Shown in pieces: positions 60,514 to 64,000 of a DNA stretch of 64,000 nt (position 1 is its first letter; every line of letters starts with the position of its first letter). Where the stretch lies: NCBI GenBank assembly GCA_963822445.1, contig CAWGHO010000002.1, forward strand, positions 1,824,001 through 1,888,000. The letters are read 5' to 3'. This DNA is from an uncultured Acidobacteriota bacterium (lineage in GTDB: Bacteria; Acidobacteriota; Thermoanaerobaculia; Gp7-AA8). The position numbers were made by a program, and so were the translations under genes. The notes under the pieces were generated by a model. It was given only the letters and a program-made list of their open reading frames with translations, made no database searches and was not told the DNA's origin.

Positions 60514-61050
60514 ATGAAGAAGTTCCTCGTTGCAGTTGCGGTGACGGCGCTTGCGGCGCCCGTTTTCGCGCAGACCACCCCGGCGCGTGTGGCAGTGATC
60601 GACGTGCAGAAAGTTCTGACCCAGTCGACCGCGGGCAAAGCGTCTTACGAGCGGCTCAAGAAGCTGCAGGAAGAGCGCGTCGAGAAGGCCAAGACCATGG
60701 ACGAAGAGCTGCGCAAGCTCGACTCCGACATCAACGCCAAGAAGATCTCGCTCAGCGAAGACAAGCTGACCGAGATGCAGAAGCAGCTCGCCGACAAGCG
60801 CATCTCCATGCAGCGCTACGCGCAGGACGCCGATCGCGAGATCGGTGAGGCCCGCGACCGCGAGCTTCAGGCCCTGGAGGCCAAGATCAAGCCGATCATC
60901 GACGCCATCGGCAAAGAGATGGGTCTGGCCGCGATCTTCAACAAGTTCGAGTCCGGCCTGGTCTACGCCGCCGACGCGATCGACATCACCGACACGGTCG
61001 TCAAGCGCTTCAACGAAGCCGCTCCGGCCGCTGCCGCCGCCAAGAAATAG
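60514..61050 (+). CDS. skp: Skp/OmpH periplasmic chaperone
   Basis: SD AAGGAG, signal peptide, VAVIDVQ, coiled coil, DITDTVV. Confidence 0.93.
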   Translation: MKKFLVAVAVTALAAPVFAQTTPARVAVIDVQKVLTQSTAGKASYERLKKLQEERVEKAKTMDEELRKLDSDINAKKISLSEDKLTEMQKQLADKRISMQRYAQDADREIGEARDRELQALEAKIKPIIDAIGKEMGLAAIFNKFESGLVYAADAIDITDTVVKRFNEAAPAAAAAKK

Positions 61051-61074
61051 GGCGATTTTTCGATAGTTGAATTG

Positions 61075-61102
61075 AAAGCCTCCCGGAAGCGGGAGGCTTT
61101 TT
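61075..61102 (+). terminator. Rho-independent terminator after skp
   Basis: AAAGCCTCCCG-gaag-CGGGAGGCTTTTT. Confidence 0.85.
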
Positions 61103-61106
61103 CGTG

Positions 61107-61207
61107 CGTACGGCGGGCGTCCCGCCCGCTCTGGCCGGGCAGCCTGCCCGGCCATCATCCCGACGGGCAGGATGCCCATCGGGTAGCGGGCGAGACGCCC
61201 GCCGTAC
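61107..61207. repeat. Four-hairpin REP/REPIN-like element (copy 2)
   Basis: CGTACGGCGGGCGTCCCGCCCGC...GCGGGCGAGACGCCCGCCGTAC; shares the inner CGGGCAGGATGCCC hairpin with 7984-8086. Confidence 0.88.
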
Positions 61208-61239
61208 CTCCTTCCACTCGTTTACAATCCGCCCCCTCT

Positions 61240-62265
61240 ATGCCTGCTGTTCCCCTCTCTGAAATCGTGAGCTACGTCTCAGGCCGCTACGACGGTGCGG
61301 CCGACGTAGCCATTACCGGCGTGGCTCCGCTCAGCGATGCCGGCGAGGGGCAGATCAGCTTCCTGTCGAATCCGAAGTACGCGCCGGAGCTGGCGAAGAC
61401 GAAAGCCACCGCGATCCTCGTCAGCGCGGACCATGCCGAGGAGTCGCCGCGGTACATCCGCGTTCCGAATCCCTACTTCGCCATGGCCCGCGTCATCGCG
61501 CGCTTCTTCGATCGCCGGCCGATGCCGCAGGGCGTTTCTCCGCATGCCGCGGTCGCCGCGACCGCGAAGCTCGGAAACAACGTCGCCGTCGGCCCCTTCA
61601 CCTCGATCGGTGAGAACGTCGAGATCGGCGACGACGTCGTCATCTTTCCGAACGTCACCATCGAGCCGAACGTCGAGATCGGCGACGGCACGATCGTCTA
61701 CCCGCAGGTCTCGATTTACTACGGCTCCCGGATCGGCAAGCGCTGCATCATTCACAGCTCGGTGGTGATCGGTTCCGACGGCTACGGATTCGCGACCGAG
61801 GGCGGGAAACATCACAAGATCCCGCAGGTGGGGATCGTGCGGATCGAAGACGATGTCGAGATCGGCGCAGGTTCTTCGATCGATCGCGCTGCCCTCGGCG
61901 AAACCGTCATCGGCGAGGGAACGAAGATCGACAACCTCGTGCAGATCGGCCACAACGTAAAGATCGGCAAGCACTGTCTGCTCGTCGCCCAGGTGGGCAT
62001 CGCCGGATCGACGCAACTCGGCAACTACGTCGTCGTGGCCGGACAATCCGGGTTCGCCGGTCATCTGAAGATCGGCGACGGCGTGCAGGTCGCGGCCAAG
62101 AGCGCCGTGCTGCGCGATCTGCAATCGAACACGAAAGTGATGGGCAGCCCGGCCATCGGCTTCGGAGAGTTCTCGCGCCGCGAAGTCTGGCTGCGGCGCC
62201 TCCCGGAGCTGGCGCGCAAAGTCACTCAGCTCGAGCGGATGCTGCTCGCGAAGGAACGCAAATGA
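61240..62265 (+). CDS. lpxD: UDP-3-O-acyl-glucosamine N-acyltransferase
   Basis: ISFLSNPKY, hexapeptide repeats, [25 protein letters not shown]; ATG 61240 is 11 nt after TACAAT. Confidence 0.96.
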   Translation: MPAVPLSEIVSYVSGRYDGAADVAITGVAPLSDAGEGQISFLSNPKYAPELAKTKATAILVSADHAEESPRYIRVPNPYFAMARVIARFFDRRPMPQGVSPHAAVAATAKLGNNVAVGPFTSIGENVEIGDDVVIFPNVTIEPNVEIGDGTIVYPQVSIYYGSRIGKRCIIHSSVVIGSDGYGFATEGGKHHKIPQVGIVRIEDDVEIGAGSSIDRAALGETVIGEGTKIDNLVQIGHNVKIGKHCLLVAQVGIAGSTQLGNYVVVAGQSGFAGHLKIGDGVQVAAKSAVLRDLQSNTKVMGSPAIGFGEFSRREVWLRRLPELARKVTQLERMLLAKERK

Positions 62266-62711
62266 CCATGACCATCGTCGAGATCATGAAGTACTTACCG
62301 CACCGTTACCCGATGCTGCTCGTCGATCGGGTCCTGGAGATCTCCGAGGATGGGAAGAAGATCACCGGATTGAAGAATGTGTCGGCCAACGAGCAGTTTT
62401 TTCAGGGCCACTTCCCCGGCGCGCCGGTGATGCCGGGCGTTTTGATCGTCGAGGCGATGGCCCAGTGTTCGGCACTGCTCGGCCTGCGCGAGATGAGCGA
62501 CGAGGAACGCGCGAAGAAGCTCTTCCTCTTCGGCGGCATCGACAAAGCCCGCTTCCGCCGGCCGGTCGTGCCGGGCGATCAGCTCATCCTCGAATGTGAA
62601 GTCCTTCACCGCCGCGCCACCACCGTGAAGATGCGCGGTGTCGCGAAAGTGGCCGGCGTGGTCGTCGCGGAAGCGGAGCTGCTCAGCATGCTCGTGGATC
62701 GGCCGGAATAA
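62262..62711 (+). CDS. fabZ: 3-hydroxyacyl-ACP dehydratase
   Basis: [40 protein letters not shown]. Confidence 0.97.
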   Translation: MTMTIVEIMKYLPHRYPMLLVDRVLEISEDGKKITGLKNVSANEQFFQGHFPGAPVMPGVLIVEAMAQCSALLGLREMSDEERAKKLFLFGGIDKARFRRPVVPGDQLILECEVLHRRATTVKMRGVAKVAGVVVAEAELLSMLVDRPE

Positions 62712-62715
62712 CGAA

Positions 62716-63498
62716 ATGAACTCGGCCATCGCAGATACCGCAATCGTCAGCAGTGAAGCCGCGCTCGCGCACGACGTCGTCATCGGGCCTTACGCGATCA
62801 TCGGCCCGCAGGTGACCATCGGCGCGGGCACGATCATCGGCCCGCACGTGCGCATCGAAGGTCCGACCACGATCGGCGAGCGCAATCGCATCATCGGTCA
62901 GGCCTCGATCGGCACCGAGCCGCAGGACGTGAAGTACAAAGGCGAGCGCACGGAGCTGCGCATCGGCAACGACAATCTCATTCGCGAGTTCGTGACCATC
63001 AACCGCGGCACGATCGGCGGCGGTGCGCTGACGACCATCGGCTCGCACAACTTCCTCATGGCCTACTCGCACGTCGCGCACGACTGCCACGTCGGCGATC
63101 ACACGATCTTCGCGAATAACGCCACGCTTGCCGGACACGTCGACGTCGGCGACTACTCGACCATCGGCGCGTTCTCGGCCGTTCATCAGTTCTGCCGCGT
63201 CGGCGATCACGCCTTCATCGGCGGCGGCTCGATCTGCACGCAGGACGTGCTTCCGTACGTGAAGACAGTTGGCAATCGTCCGGCCAAAACCTACGGCATC
63301 AACACGATCGGTCTCGAGCGGAAGGGCTTTCAGAAGGAGACCGTGGAAGCGCTGCAGCGCGCGTATCGCATCCTGGTGCGCTCGAAACTGAAGCTGCAGG
63401 AAGCGCTCGAGCGGATCGAGACGGAGCTTGGCTTCCACTCGGAAGTGCGCTACTTCGCGGAGTTCATGCGCGAGTCGAAGCGGGGCATCATTCGATGA
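62716..63498 (+). CDS. lpxA: Acyl-ACP--UDP-N-acetylglucosamine acyltransferase
   Basis: PQDVKY, IREFVTINRGT, HVAHDC, LAGHV, VHQFCRVG; ATG 62716. Confidence 0.96.
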   Translation: MNSAIADTAIVSSEAALAHDVVIGPYAIIGPQVTIGAGTIIGPHVRIEGPTTIGERNRIIGQASIGTEPQDVKYKGERTELRIGNDNLIREFVTINRGTIGGGALTTIGSHNFLMAYSHVAHDCHVGDHTIFANNATLAGHVDVGDYSTIGAFSAVHQFCRVGDHAFIGGGSICTQDVLPYVKTVGNRPAKTYGINTIGLERKGFQKETVEALQRAYRILVRSKLKLQEALERIETELGFHSEVRYFAEFMRESKRGIIR

Positions 63499-64000
63499 CC
63501 GTTTCGGTGGGGGTCGTCGGCACCGGCTACCTCGGTCGTCTGCACGCGCGCGTGCTCACCGAGATTCCCGAGGCGCAGGTCGTCGGCTTCGTTGAATTGA
63601 ACGACGCGGTCGCCGGTGAGCTCGAAGAATCGCTGAAGTTGAGGCGGTTCGAGAGCGTCGCCGCGCTGGCGAAGGAAGTTCAGTGCGCCGTCGTCGCCAC
63701 GCCGACCATCACCCACTACGACATCGCCTCGGAGCTCCTGAGCGCCGGCTGCGACGTGATGGTCGAGAAACCGATCACGCAGGACGTCGAGCAGGCCAAG
63801 GCGCTGATCGCTCTCGCGGCGCGCAAAGGCCGGATCATTCAGGTCGGCCACGTCGAGCGGTACAACCCGGCCATCGTTGCCGTCGCCGAGCAGGTTCGCG
63901 GAACGCGTTATCTCGAAGCCGAGCGCCTCGGCGTCTTCGTCGGCCGCTCGCTCGACATCGATGTGCTGCTCGACCTCATGATTCACGACATCAACCTCGT
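63495..64000 (+). CDS. Gfo/Idh/MocA oxidoreductase (GnnA-like), 3'-truncated by window edge
   Basis: ATGA overlap with lpxA stop; VGVVGTGYLGRLHAR, VEKP, QVGHVERYNP, DVLLDLMIHDI; not listed in the ORF track because it runs off the end. Confidence 0.85.
   Translation, partial: MTVSVGVVGTGYLGRLHARVLTEIPEAQVVGFVELNDAVAGELEESLKLRRFESVAALAKEVQCAVVATPTITHYDIASELLSAGCDVMVEKPITQDVEQAKALIALAARKGRIIQVGHVERYNPAIVAVAEQVRGTRYLEAERLGVFVGRSLDIDVLLDLMIHDINL

Overview
GC-rich bacterial chromosome segment. Gene content (lolD-clpC...bamA-skp-lpxD-fabZ-lpxA order, IPTL-CTERM protein, Hanks kinases) suggests Acidobacteriota, probably Thermoanaerobaculia-like; this is an inference. Most of it is housekeeping: argS (partial), a murQ-anmK-nagA-nagB peptidoglycan-recycling operon, cardiolipin synthase, miaA, comEC, an rlmD-like gene, sucCD, a lysine/DAP operon (asd-lysC-dapB-dapA-dapD), moeA, clpC, and the bamA/lipid A cluster ending in a GnnA-like oxidoreductase. 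No rRNA, tRNA, CRISPR array or transposase was seen. Most notable: (1) a three-gene unit at 28.7-32.1 kb with a signal-less class A beta-lactamase-like serine hydrolase, a signal-less M15 Zn-peptidase and a PafA/Dop (Pup-ligase)-like enzyme, with no pup or proteasome genes in the window and an apparent 1-nt frameshift; (2) 7/8-mer tandem-inverted-repeat elements after stop codons, one apparently split around a DUF3592-like gene; (3) REP-like palindromes, one sitting in frame inside the rlmD-like gene; (4) repeated -10 boxes 7-11 nt upstream of SD-less start codons, plus two divergent genes whose start codons overlap in one CATG. All family calls come from motif recognition by eye, not database searches.
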